Below, in pieces: positions 8,477 through 20,871 of a stretch of DNA of 32,000 nt. The DNA is from Desulfocapsa sulfexigens DSM 10523. Lineage in GTDB: Bacteria; Desulfobacterota; Desulfobulbia; Desulfobulbales; Desulfocapsaceae. Each line of letters starts with the position of its first letter. Within the stretch, counting starts at the first letter, position 1. The notes beneath the pieces were generated by a model, which saw nothing but the letters and a program-made list of their open reading frames with translations, did no database searches and had not been told where the DNA came from. The stretch lies in NCBI RefSeq assembly GCF_000341395.1, contig NC_020304.1, forward strand, positions 2,730,001-2,762,000, given 5' to 3'. The position numbers and the translations under genes are program-made.

Positions 8477-9122
8477 TGGTGTTGTAGAGCAGGATAGTGT
8501 GGATACATTAAAATCAAAACTCAAGAGATATCTGTCTAAAAACTCTCCAGTATACCGGAAGATACAACGAAGTGGGCTCTTTGATTGTGCTTATTACTTA
8601 AAGGAAAATCAAGATGTTAAGCAGAGTGGCCAGGATGGTCTTGCTCATTTCATAGCCATAGGTGCTCTTGAAGGCCGTAATCCCCATCCACTTTTCGAGA
8701 CCCGTTATTTTCTTGGACAAATTTCCTCTTACAATCCAGATGCCGGGAATATACTTCTTCAATATTTGGAGTCTCCGATGCTTTGGCCCGTAGACCCTCA
8801 TCCACTGTTTAATGCCAGTTACTATAGTGCCATGGAGCCGGCTGTTGCTGCCGCCGATATTCCTCCATTGCTTTACTATATTCTGAATCATGGAAAGAGT
8901 CAGGCTGATCCTCACCCACTGTTTGATGGACAGTTTTACCAACTACAAGTTCCTGAGGTACTGGAAAACGGTGCGAATCCATTGATCCACTATCTCCAGG
9001 AAGGGCGATTTAACGGGAAGGAACCTTTTGCTCACAAAGCAAGTGGCAGTACTCATATTGACTTGTCCAAATATATGAAAAAAAGACGTGAGCAGATCTG
9101 TCCAGTGGCACAGGGGACCTGA
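8445..9122 (+). CDS. Repeat protein made of four tandem 38-aa LFDxxYY...PLxHY...G...P units; no catalytic domain
   Basis: Residues 45-196 divide into exactly four 38-aa units. Each starts LF[DEN]xx[YF][YF], has a central [PG]L[LI][HYQ][YF][IL], and ends [DN]PHP. The start is uncertain: TTG 8445 overlaps the upstream gene, and GTG 8499 is an alternative. Confidence 0.65.
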   Translation: MSILLRDVPGNGVVEQDSVDTLKSKLKRYLSKNSPVYRKIQRSGLFDCAYYLKENQDVKQSGQDGLAHFIAIGALEGRNPHPLFETRYFLGQISSYNPDAGNILLQYLESPMLWPVDPHPLFNASYYSAMEPAVAAADIPPLLYYILNHGKSQADPHPLFDGQFYQLQVPEVLENGANPLIHYLQEGRFNGKEPFAHKASGSTHIDLSKYMKKRREQICPVAQGT

Positions 9123-9132
9123 GGGGAGAAAT

Positions 9133-10302
9133 ATGAATATTCTATTTGTTCTCTATCACGATTTCAGTACTTCCAGTGCAATACATGTGCATAACTTCGC
9201 GAACCTTTTAGCGAAAAACGGTTGTAACTGTGCGGTGGCAGTACCTGCAAATAAAGAGTCTGTTACGGAGTATTTAGGTGGTGACGTACTTTACCAACCC
9301 TGTACTTTTGCCGAATCCCTTGAGCGATCGGTTGAGCTGTTTAGTGGGGAGGCGATGGATATCATTCATGCCTGGACACCACGGGAAAATGTCAGAAAAC
9401 AGTGTGATCTACTGAAAAAGCGATATCCTGGAAGTAAGCTGATTGTCCATCTTGAGGATAATGAAGAGATGATTGTAGAGTCCTTTGTCGGCCTGCCCTA
9501 CGATCAAATCCGTTCCTTATCCGAAGAGCGTTTACGGTTTCTGTTACCAGATTTGCTGGCATCCCCCTATCATTATCCTCTTTTTTTAGAGCAGGCAGAT
9601 GCGGTGTCAGTTATTACCGATGCATTACTGGATTTTGTTCCCTCCCATAAAGTCTATCACAGATTATGGCCAGCGATAGACTTGCGTCGTTTTAGTCCCG
9701 AGATTGATGGACGAGCCGTAAGAAATCGTCTGGGGTTTTCTGAAGATGATTTTCTCATCTGTTACGTCGGAAGTGTTCATGGGGTCAATGCTCAGGAAGT
9801 CCGAAGTCTGTATCAGGCTGGATTCATGGCAAACGATCTTGGTATACCGGTACGATTGATACGTGCCGGAAGGGATGTAGTGGATTTTCTGGGAGCAGAT
9901 AAAGATGAGTTGCAACGATATGTGACGAATGTAGGCTATGTTGATATGGATGATGTGCCTGGATTAATGGCAGCTGCAGATTTATTGGTGCAACCAGGGG
10001 AAAATGATCGTTTTAACAGGTATCGCCTGCCGTCAAAAATTCCAGAGTTTCTTGCCGTTGGCAAACCTGTTGCTGTTCCTCGCGTAAACATCGGGCTTCA
10101 TTTGCAAGACAGAGAGAACGCTTTTCTCATGGAAACAGGTGATGCCGCTTCAATTGTTGCTGTGATCCGTCTGATCTCTAATGACCGGGAGCTAGGTGAA
10201 AGGATTGGTGCTAACGGCAGGACGTTTGCCGAGCTCAATTTTTCCGAGGATACAGTGTATGGAAAGTTATCTGCCTTTTATGAGTCTGTTTTAGCATTAT
10301 GA
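9133..10302 (+). CDS. Glycosyltransferase, GT4-like (GT-B fold)
   Basis: A GAGGGGAG RBS precedes ATG 9133. The protein begins MNILFVLYHDFSTSSAIHVHNFA. The C-terminal half has FLICYVGSVHG and AADLLVQPGENDRFNRYRLPSKIPEFLAVGKPVAVP. Confidence 0.8.
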   Translation: MNILFVLYHDFSTSSAIHVHNFANLLAKNGCNCAVAVPANKESVTEYLGGDVLYQPCTFAESLERSVELFSGEAMDIIHAWTPRENVRKQCDLLKKRYPGSKLIVHLEDNEEMIVESFVGLPYDQIRSLSEERLRFLLPDLLASPYHYPLFLEQADAVSVITDALLDFVPSHKVYHRLWPAIDLRRFSPEIDGRAVRNRLGFSEDDFLICYVGSVHGVNAQEVRSLYQAGFMANDLGIPVRLIRAGRDVVDFLGADKDELQRYVTNVGYVDMDDVPGLMAAADLLVQPGENDRFNRYRLPSKIPEFLAVGKPVAVPRVNIGLHLQDRENAFLMETGDAASIVAVIRLISNDRELGERIGANGRTFAELNFSEDTVYGKLSAFYESVLAL

Positions 10303-12362
10303 TACAGAGACTGAAGAAAAATATTAAATCCATCTGGTATTATTTTTCCTGCAGCAACTACAGGAGAGTAAAAAACTCCCGGCTTTTTGATGCTGACTGG
10401 TATCGTGATAGAATTCCAGGGTTACAAACGAATTCCCAGGATCCACTTATTCATTATATAGACTTTGGTGTTCAGGAAGGAAAAAGCCCTTCACCTCTTT
10501 TTGATCCGATTTTTTATAAAAAAACCTATGGCCCAGACCCATCTCATGACCCTTTTGATCATTATCTCAGAGAGGGGATACGTATAAACCATAGCCCCTG
10601 CCCATGGTTTGATCCTGAATTTTATCAGCAGCACTATTCTCTTCCCGAAGGGAATAAGGTGTCACCGTTAAAACATTATCTGACTGAAGGACTGCGACGA
10701 AAGTTTTATCCCAATTCCGATGTGTATGAATTAGCTGAAAAGCCTGTCATCTCCATCATCGTCCCTGTGTATAATGTTTCTGCCCTTCATTTAAACAACT
10801 GCATACGATCCGTTTTGTATCAATCCTATCCACATTGGGAAATCTGTCTGGTTGACGATTGTAGCACCAATAAGGATGTCCGTCTGTTACTTGAAAAGTG
10901 GGCCACAAAGGATGGCAGGATAAAAATTGATTTTCTTGATAAAAACCAGGGAATCTCCGGGGCCACAAATGCTGCAGTGTTCCTTGCAAAGGGGAAGTAT
11001 CTCGGGTTTCTGGATAACGACGATGAACTTGCTGAGGAATGCCTGTTTCGACTTGTTGAGACAATAAACAGTGAAGCGGCGGAATTGTATTACAGTGATG
11101 AAGATCTCATTGGTGAGGATGGGAGTCAGTTCAGTGTTTTTAATAAACCTGACTTTAATGAGGAATTGCTTCTCTCCCATAATTATGTGACCCACTTCGT
11201 TGTAACTGAAAAGAAACTGTATGAAAGGGTGGGTGGGCTTGACAATAAATTTGACGGGGCCCAGGACTTTGACCTTTTCCTGAAACTTTCTGAAAAGGCA
11301 GAGAAGGTCGTCCATATCCCTGAAATTCTCTATCACTGGAGGGCTTCTGATTCATCCACGTCTATTAATCATGATCAAAAACAGTATGCCAATGAAGCCG
11401 GAAGACGGGCCGTGGCCGGCGCTTTAGCCAGACGGCAAATCACTGCAGATGTTCTATTGACTGACTGGAAGTTTTTTTACCGCATAAAAAAAGAACGTTT
11501 GGAGTCACCTCCAGTCTCGGTCATTATCCTATATAATGGAAATGAGGATTTTACGACGTGGCTGTCTGAACTATTGTCCCTTACAACCTATTTGGATACA
11601 GAATTTATTGTTGTTGTTTACAGTGAAGAGGACCTTGGTCGTTTCAGTATGTTATATGGAAAGTCTTCCCATAATATCAAGTTCCTGCTGAGTACAGATA
11701 AAGATCCGGTTGCCACTCGTTATAACGAGGCTGTGCGTAAGAGTTCCGGGCAGTACCTCGTTTTTCTTAATCCCTGCATACAACTTCAAACGGTTGACTG
11801 GGTAGAGGCCATGCTTGAATACGCCATGGTGAAGAACAGTGGAGTTGTAGGAGGCAGAGTTTTGCCGTATCAGAATAATGACCTTGTTGCCACTATTCCT
11901 GATATTGGGGAGCAGTCTGATTTGTACTATTCACGGTTTCTACAGCGTTGTTCGCAGCATATGAATGGACTACAGTGTGTTCAGAATGTGATCATGCTCT
12001 CCTGGGATCTGGCCATGGTTAAGCGAACCAGCTTCCTTGAGTTGGATGGATTTGCTCAGGAGTCTCTTGGAAATCTCTTTGCAGACAGCGATCTCTGTCT
12101 TCGCATGCGATCTCATGGCTACGTCAACATCTACACCCCCTTTGCCCTTGGCCAATGGCTCAGGCCCGAGGAAAATCTCCCTCTTCCGGCAAAATCCGTA
12201 ACGAGTGCGGAAAAAAGATTCTTTCAAAGGCAGTGGCAGGAAACACTGGGAATGGGTGATCCCTATTATAACCAGGGAGTATTGGCTCAAAATGGCATTG
12301 AGCCGGATACATTTATGAAATGGTATACCGGCGGACACTCACTTACTAAGGAAACCTTGTAG
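10299..12362 (+). CDS. Multidomain glycosyltransferase: three N-terminal 36-38-aa LFDxxxY repeats plus two GT2 (GT-A fold) domains
   Basis: The first GT2 domain has PVISIIVPVYNVSALHLNNCIRSVLYQSYPHWEICLVDDCS and FLDNDDEL (DxD). The second GT2-like domain starts PPVSVIILYNGNED and includes YLVFLNP. ATGA start/stop overlap with the upstream gene. Confidence 0.85.
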   Translation: MIQRLKKNIKSIWYYFSCSNYRRVKNSRLFDADWYRDRIPGLQTNSQDPLIHYIDFGVQEGKSPSPLFDPIFYKKTYGPDPSHDPFDHYLREGIRINHSPCPWFDPEFYQQHYSLPEGNKVSPLKHYLTEGLRRKFYPNSDVYELAEKPVISIIVPVYNVSALHLNNCIRSVLYQSYPHWEICLVDDCSTNKDVRLLLEKWATKDGRIKIDFLDKNQGISGATNAAVFLAKGKYLGFLDNDDELAEECLFRLVETINSEAAELYYSDEDLIGEDGSQFSVFNKPDFNEELLLSHNYVTHFVVTEKKLYERVGGLDNKFDGAQDFDLFLKLSEKAEKVVHIPEILYHWRASDSSTSINHDQKQYANEAGRRAVAGALARRQITADVLLTDWKFFYRIKKERLESPPVSVIILYNGNEDFTTWLSELLSLTTYLDTEFIVVVYSEEDLGRFSMLYGKSSHNIKFLLSTDKDPVATRYNEAVRKSSGQYLVFLNPCIQLQTVDWVEAMLEYAMVKNSGVVGGRVLPYQNNDLVATIPDIGEQSDLYYSRFLQRCSQHMNGLQCVQNVIMLSWDLAMVKRTSFLELDGFAQESLGNLFADSDLCLRMRSHGYVNIYTPFALGQWLRPEENLPLPAKSVTSAEKRFFQRQWQETLGMGDPYYNQGVLAQNGIEPDTFMKWYTGGHSLTKETL

Positions 12363-12436
12363 ATTTACCTTCTGTGCAGTATGTTGTCTTGGGTCATTAT
12401 TCAGGCCCATTACTCATTTAACTCCATTGGTTTAGT

Positions 12437-15396
<2,960 letters not shown>

Positions 15397-15407
15397 GAGT
15401 AAGGATC

Positions 15408-15650
15408 ATGTCTAAGAAGATTATGAGTACCAGGTTTGATCTCAGCACCAGTTCAATGTTTCGAGTACTGCACCACTATACTCTTAGCCGGTTTGTCCCA
15501 ATGGGAGTTTATCGTGGTGGTCCCGGGTTGAAATGCATACTGGTTCTCATCGCCACAATTGTTGTAGGGAGACCCCTGTATTACTTGAGTCTCAGATTTG
15601 AACGGCCCACTGCCTTTTTACGCTATCTGAAAAACAAATTTCACCTGTAA
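15408..15650 (+). CDS. Small hypothetical protein (80 aa, one hydrophobic segment)
   Basis: A GGAGTAAGGA RBS lies just upstream of the ATG. The ORF is on the operon strand and fills an otherwise empty gap. It has one hydrophobic stretch, LKCILVLIATIVVG. No family recognised. Confidence 0.4.
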   Translation: MSKKIMSTRFDLSTSSMFRVLHHYTLSRFVPMGVYRGGPGLKCILVLIATIVVGRPLYYLSLRFERPTAFLRYLKNKFHL

Positions 15651-15725
15651 ACCGTATTCTTGGTGAATATTGCATGCAGTTAATCGGCAACCTGCCTCCA
15701 TGGTTTTAAACAGAGAGTGATAAAC

Positions 15726-17585
15726 ATGAATACTATATTGAAGAAATGGAAGTTTCCAATTTTTCTAGGGGTATTGCTTTCTGTTTTGTACGTTCAGTTG
15801 TTTGAGAACAGAGCCTTTGTGGAACTGGATATTACGGTAACGGAACCCACACTGTTTAAGATCTACTGGGCAGAAAAAGGACAGTTTTACAGTGAAGATA
15901 ATATGGTTCGGGTAAAGGTGAACCCGGAACAACACCAGTATGGTTTTTATCTGACCGATATTGGCAAAGAGGCGATAAGACTCCGTATAGATCCCCAGCA
16001 GTATGTGGGACTCTCCACCATAAAGAAGATTGATTTTCAACAGACGGGCTATGCTCTTTTATCTGTTTCCTCCAGGGAGGATTTCGCCGGGCTGCAGCCA
16101 ATCTTTGATATTCAGGCAGCAAACATAACAGAGGATGGGTTGGAAACTGATTCAACTGGTGTGGATCCACAATTTGAATATTTTCCGGTACTGGAGTCGG
16201 CTGAATATTTCTCTGTTCTGTTAGTGCTTCGAATTGCTTCCATCTTTCTTCTACTGTTTTTGTTTTTTTCCTTAACTGAATCCTATCGGGAAGAAGATAG
16301 GTTTTTTCCGCTTCTGTTTGCCATAGTCCTTGCCCTCGTCGTTGCCATGGCAATGTTGACAAGACGAAACATTCATCCCGACGAATATGTACACCTGGAT
16401 GCGGCCAAGTACTACAGCAGCAATTGGATTCCACCCGATGTGACAGATCCGCAGATTGCCCATACCTACAGTGTTTACGGGGTATCCCGTCTGAATGGCC
16501 CGGAAGTTGCCTATTTCCTGAATGGGAAATTTTCAGAACTTATTTCTGTGTTTCCTCTGCCCGACTATTTGACTTTACGAATATTTAACCTGCTCCTCTT
16601 TACTTTGCTGTTGCTATATATTCTGAAAATTAAAGGAAAGAGGTATGTCGCAGCACCGCTGCTGATATCTCCGCAAATCTGGTATGTCTTCAGTTATTGC
16701 AACTCCGATGCCTTTGCATTGCTCCTTACTTTTTTTATAGCATGCCAGCTGGCGATTCCTGCCTCAATGCTCAACCTGTATCTTTTGGACAGGGAAAAGA
16801 AGAAAAAATTTGTCACTGCTCTTTTTCTGGTATTCGTTTTTGCGGCAATGTTTTTGTTAAAGAAGAACTATTGGTTCTTTATCGCCTTTGCAGCCGCGTA
16901 CTTTCTCTGGCGACTTGTCTTTATAGTCAGTGCAGAAGACCGAAAACAGGTTGTCAGGAAAATGACCATACTCATCCTGTTTGCTTTGAGTGTGACGGGA
17001 CTGAGAGTAGCAGGAGACTATGCAGTGAACGGATGGGATCGGAGTGAAAAACTGTCACAGATCCGTGAGCAGCTGGCTCATCCGTTTTATAAACCGTCCA
17101 CTCCACTTGAAGAAAAACATCCCTTTTTATACAGGAAGGCACGTGGTGCTTCTTTGAAAGAGATTGTAGTTGTTGATAGATGGTTTGAAAGAAGTTATCA
17201 AAGTGCTTTTGGTATTTATGGATATTTTACCGCCACTGCAGATGACACCTATTATGATCTGATGAGGCCTCTTGCTGTGGTATTTTTTATGGCGCTTCTT
17301 CTTTCGGTTCTTTTTCGTGGAGGCCTGAGTGGAAATATTCTGATGTTCCTCTTTCTTGGTTGTTCCGGAGCAGTTATAGCGGCTTCCCTCTACCACTCGT
17401 GGACTGCAGACTTTCAACCACAGGGAAGGTATCTCTTACCGATGATACCGGCACTTTGTATTGTTCTGTATCATTCGAGAAATCTTATGCAGAACGTATT
17501 GTTCAGAATATGTCTAATGGGTATGTTTTTGTTATCCACCTACTCTTTTCTTTTTGTTGGAATGATGCAACTCACTAAAATGTAG
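15726..17585 (+). CDS. Polytopic membrane protein, GT-C-fold glycosyltransferase-like (PMT/ArnT-like DE motif), with an N-terminal extracytoplasmic RIDP module
   Basis: An N-terminal TM is followed by a ~135-aa soluble module and then at least 10 hydrophobic segments. HPDEYVHLDAAKYY sits in the loop after TM3, resembling the acidic first-loop motif of GT-C enzymes. The start is ATG 15726 or GTG 15717. Confidence 0.6.
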   Translation: MNTILKKWKFPIFLGVLLSVLYVQLFENRAFVELDITVTEPTLFKIYWAEKGQFYSEDNMVRVKVNPEQHQYGFYLTDIGKEAIRLRIDPQQYVGLSTIKKIDFQQTGYALLSVSSREDFAGLQPIFDIQAANITEDGLETDSTGVDPQFEYFPVLESAEYFSVLLVLRIASIFLLLFLFFSLTESYREEDRFFPLLFAIVLALVVAMAMLTRRNIHPDEYVHLDAAKYYSSNWIPPDVTDPQIAHTYSVYGVSRLNGPEVAYFLNGKFSELISVFPLPDYLTLRIFNLLLFTLLLLYILKIKGKRYVAAPLLISPQIWYVFSYCNSDAFALLLTFFIACQLAIPASMLNLYLLDREKKKKFVTALFLVFVFAAMFLLKKNYWFFIAFAAAYFLWRLVFIVSAEDRKQVVRKMTILILFALSVTGLRVAGDYAVNGWDRSEKLSQIREQLAHPFYKPSTPLEEKHPFLYRKARGASLKEIVVVDRWFERSYQSAFGIYGYFTATADDTYYDLMRPLAVVFFMALLLSVLFRGGLSGNILMFLFLGCSGAVIAASLYHSWTADFQPQGRYLLPMIPALCIVLYHSRNLMQNVLFRICLMGMFLLSTYSFLFVGMMQLTKM

Positions 17586-17654
17586 GATGTATAGAATGAT
17601 CTTTCCAGGGAAAAACGCATCTTTTTGCAGCAGGAATACATGGGGTTATAGCCT

Positions 17655-19274
17655 GTGAAACTGATTCCACTGCTAATGGCATTATCAGTTGCTCTGCTTG
17701 CCTGCTTTGTTCTTCCCAGTGGTATGGCGAAGGTTTCTGCTATCTCTTTAATCGTTTCGTCTGACAGTCAGGATTCGGTACAAATATTTCTTGATGGTTC
17801 CTATAGGAAGCCCTCTTTTATAGAGAGTAACGCCTCAGAGTTGCAGAAGATGCCGGTGAAAGATGCAGGGAAGGTTCTTTTTCGGTTTTCTGCCACGCCT
17901 TCAACTACCTGGATTCGTATTGATCCTGGAGAAAATCCCGGCGTCACTCGTATCTACGGAATGGTTGTTCAGCAGGCACTTGGACGAAAAGTACAGTATA
18001 GCAGTGATGATATATTCAAGGGCTTTCAGCCAGGCAGAAATGGGGTCACCATAAGTCCTGGAAAGGATTATGTTGAGATTGTCTCCACCGTGGCAGATCC
18101 ATCCATTGTCTCAGTCCCGGGGTTCATTACTGCACCCAGACCTGTTTTTTTCTATCTGCCCGTTATAATCCTCTCATTTTTTCTCTATGTTTTTCTGGCA
18201 CAGTTGAAACCAGAAACTATTCGTACCATTTTCCTTCCTCAGAGAGAACTTCGTCCCGGAGTTGCCATGATTTCACCTCTTGATGGTTTGCGCGGTATTG
18301 CCGCCATGCTGGTTGTCGCAGATCACACCTGGTCATGGTTTCTTGGTGCCGGTGCAAGTGGAGTCTTGATTTTTTTTGTTTTAAGCGGATTTCTGCTGAG
18401 CAGGCCTTTTGTTGTAAATCCGGGAAAATATCAAAATCCGGGGAGTCTGCTTGTCTATGGAGTAAGACGGTTGCAGCGAATTGTACCCATGTACTATTTG
18501 TACCTCTTTCTTACCTTTGGGATGACCTTACGTCTGCATGAATTGTTCATGCATCTCTTTTTTATTGAAGCTGCGGGCCATTTATGGGCAATTCCTCAGG
18601 AGATGGCCTTTTATATCGTATTTCCTCTTCTCGCCCTGTTTAACTTTTTTGTCCTGCGAAGCCGGCTGGTCCTGATCATTCCCGGTTTATTACTGATGAT
18701 TTTTCTCTGGCATTCGTTTGCGACCATTAAATATATTTATTTATTCGGGATGATGAATGCAAAAATTCCATTTCGTCTCGATGCTTTTTTGATAGGTGTG
18801 TTGTGTGCATACCTCTATTTCGGTCTCTGGCAAAAAAACGAACTGACAATGCCATCTGTGCTGAAAAAAGGTTTTATTGTGGTCGGTTGTATTTTACTGG
18901 CAGTCTTTATCGCATTGTCAAATGGATATTTGCTGCATAATGGTCTCATTTATGCTCAAATCTATTATTTATACTACGCAATCTGCGCCGGTTTTTTGAT
19001 CCTCATACTCTGTAGTTCCGGAGAGAATTTTCTTACTAAAATCCTGTCCAGTCGCCTGCTCTCATCTCTGGGAGTTGTGAGTTACAGCCTCTATCTCTTC
19101 CATCCACTGGTTATTCCTTTAGTGAAGCGGGCCGGGGGAGGGACTTTGAACTCAATTCCGGGCGTGCGATTTGTACTGGTGCTGTTTATAGGCTATATTG
19201 TGGCCTGCCTTTTGTATCATTTTATAGAACGCCCTATTTTGGGCTATGGAATAAAGAAAAACATTCGTGAGTAG
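17655..19274 (+). CDS. Acyltransferase family 3 (OafA/YrhL-type membrane O-acyltransferase) with an N-terminal extracytoplasmic RIDP module
   Basis: The AT3 signature ISPLDGLRGIAAMLVVADHT...GVLIFFVLSGFLLSRPF is followed by multiple TM segments and a C-terminal YSLYLFHPLV. It is preceded by a signal/TM segment and a ~130-aa module. Confidence 0.85.
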   Translation: MKLIPLLMALSVALLACFVLPSGMAKVSAISLIVSSDSQDSVQIFLDGSYRKPSFIESNASELQKMPVKDAGKVLFRFSATPSTTWIRIDPGENPGVTRIYGMVVQQALGRKVQYSSDDIFKGFQPGRNGVTISPGKDYVEIVSTVADPSIVSVPGFITAPRPVFFYLPVIILSFFLYVFLAQLKPETIRTIFLPQRELRPGVAMISPLDGLRGIAAMLVVADHTWSWFLGAGASGVLIFFVLSGFLLSRPFVVNPGKYQNPGSLLVYGVRRLQRIVPMYYLYLFLTFGMTLRLHELFMHLFFIEAAGHLWAIPQEMAFYIVFPLLALFNFFVLRSRLVLIIPGLLLMIFLWHSFATIKYIYLFGMMNAKIPFRLDAFLIGVLCAYLYFGLWQKNELTMPSVLKKGFIVVGCILLAVFIALSNGYLLHNGLIYAQIYYLYYAICAGFLILILCSSGENFLTKILSSRLLSSLGVVSYSLYLFHPLVIPLVKRAGGGTLNSIPGVRFVLVLFIGYIVACLLYHFIERPILGYGIKKNIRE

Positions 19275-19339
19275 TTTCGGGCAGGAATTTTTTTGCCACG
19301 ATGTTTGATAAATAAATGAGTCGAATTCGGGAGTGATGA

Positions 19340-20413
19340 ATGAGTTTTAGTAAAGGTCCGGAAAGAGGAATACTCTTTAAGGTCACAGTAATAATAGTGT
19401 TTTTGTTTTTGTTTTTGCTTTGTCTTTTGTTCGGTGCTGAACTTTTTGTTCGTTTTTTTTATCGTGACGTGCTCTCCACTGCAGATGGAACTTCCTATTT
19501 TTCCCTGAAAAACCAGAGATTGTTTGAAAAAGAAAAGAACGGTTTTAATTTACGGGGAAAACAGTTCAGGCAAACTCCTGACGATCGCTACAGACTTGTG
19601 ATTCTAGGAGATTCCTTTACATGGGGCCAGGGTGTTTATCCGGTAGAGAAACGCTATACCGAACAGATTGATGTAGCACTCAATAAACAACAGAAAGAAA
19701 ACGAAATTGAAGTTGTCAATGTCGGCATCTGCGGATTTAACCTTCCTAATCATTATAAGTTTCTTCATTTTATTGATGCAATTCAGCCCGATTATGTGTT
19801 GTACCAATGGTATATTAATGATATGTCAATCCGACCCGACGCCGGTCAGTACAAATCATCCCATCTGATCACAAATCGAAAAGTGCATACCTGGCTATGG
19901 AAGCATTCAGCCCTCTATTATCTTTTGCAGAGAGGGTATGGAAGCCTGCAAAGGAAACAGGGGGAAAAGAAGACTTATGAGCAGTACATGTTTGATACTC
20001 AAAAGGATCCAACAGGTGAATCTGTAGTAGCTGCACGGAAATTGCTTGAGAAATATATAGATCATTATAAAAGTACCGATACTGATTTTGGTATGGTTCT
20101 GTTTCCAAGTTTTGCCGGGCCTATGAATAATTATAACTTAGATTTTCTTCACGAACAGGTACTCGATGTTTGTAAGGAAAAGAAAATAGAATGCCTGGAC
20201 TTACGTGATGCCTATCGTGATGTCGAGGATAATACGGCATTATGGGCAAATGTTTTTGATCCCCATCCTGGAGTGTTGGCACATAAGATAGCTGCAGAGG
20301 CAATCTATGATTTTTTTGGTGCCGACTGGGAAGAGGCGGCACAGAAAGTTAGCGTTCACAGGGATCTTCATAGTCAAAAAAATAATGATAAAGCTCAAGC
20401 GGAGATGAAGTAA
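19340..20413 (+). CDS. Membrane-anchored SGNH/GDSL hydrolase-type esterase/acyltransferase
   Basis: N-terminal TM: VTVIIVFLFLFLLCLLFGAELFV. Block I is RLVILGDSFTWGQG, block II is VNVGICGFN, and block V is FDPHPGVLAHKIAAEAI (DxxH). Confidence 0.85.
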   Translation: MSFSKGPERGILFKVTVIIVFLFLFLLCLLFGAELFVRFFYRDVLSTADGTSYFSLKNQRLFEKEKNGFNLRGKQFRQTPDDRYRLVILGDSFTWGQGVYPVEKRYTEQIDVALNKQQKENEIEVVNVGICGFNLPNHYKFLHFIDAIQPDYVLYQWYINDMSIRPDAGQYKSSHLITNRKVHTWLWKHSALYYLLQRGYGSLQRKQGEKKTYEQYMFDTQKDPTGESVVAARKLLEKYIDHYKSTDTDFGMVLFPSFAGPMNNYNLDFLHEQVLDVCKEKKIECLDLRDAYRDVEDNTALWANVFDPHPGVLAHKIAAEAIYDFFGADWEEAAQKVSVHRDLHSQKNNDKAQAEMK

Positions 20414-20871
20414 TGAGTGTTCCCTATACACAAAATAAGGTGTCTCAAGCAATCTGGTCATGGCAGTCTGATCGATCTGGAAAACAACAAGCAAAAGCTT
20501 CCCTCGGCATTGCCATTGGAGCTCTGTTGGTAGGATGCACTGTCGCTTCATTGTTGTTCTTCTACAACCATTTGATAATGGCTTCAATTGTCTTTAGCGT
20601 TTCCGCTTTGGTATTTCTTTCTTCTCAATTTTTTCCGGCTGTTTATTCCGTAATTGAAAAGATTTTTCAAAAGTTTGCTCTTATTATCGGTACAGGCCTG
20701 ACGTGGGTTTTTCTCCTGCCTTTTTTCTTTATCTGTTTTCCAATGGGTAGAATAGTGCAAAAAATTAAAGGAAAGGATCCCATGCAGCGAGATTTTAAAA
20801 GAGACGCTACGTCCTATTGGCAGACATCCAGGAAAACACCCTCGGTTGATGAGTATAAGAGGCAATTTTGA
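20413..20871 (+). CDS. SxtJ-like small membrane protein (carbamoyltransferase-associated)
   Basis: 152 aa with 3-4 TM segments and a C-terminal GKDPMQRDFKRDATSYWQ, typical of SxtJ-family proteins. TAATG overlap upstream and TGATG overlap with the carbamoyltransferase gene downstream. Confidence 0.65.
   Translation: MSVPYTQNKVSQAIWSWQSDRSGKQQAKASLGIAIGALLVGCTVASLLFFYNHLIMASIVFSVSALVFLSSQFFPAVYSVIEKIFQKFALIIGTGLTWVFLLPFFFICFPMGRIVQKIKGKDPMQRDFKRDATSYWQTSRKTPSVDEYKRQF

Noticed and set aside
15856-16434. 192-aa minus-strand ORF, plus the smaller ones at 15765-16040 and 16272-16463
   Set aside because: They are antisense to the well-supported GT-C-like membrane protein. Their Arg/Pro/Trp-rich composition is implausible for a real protein.
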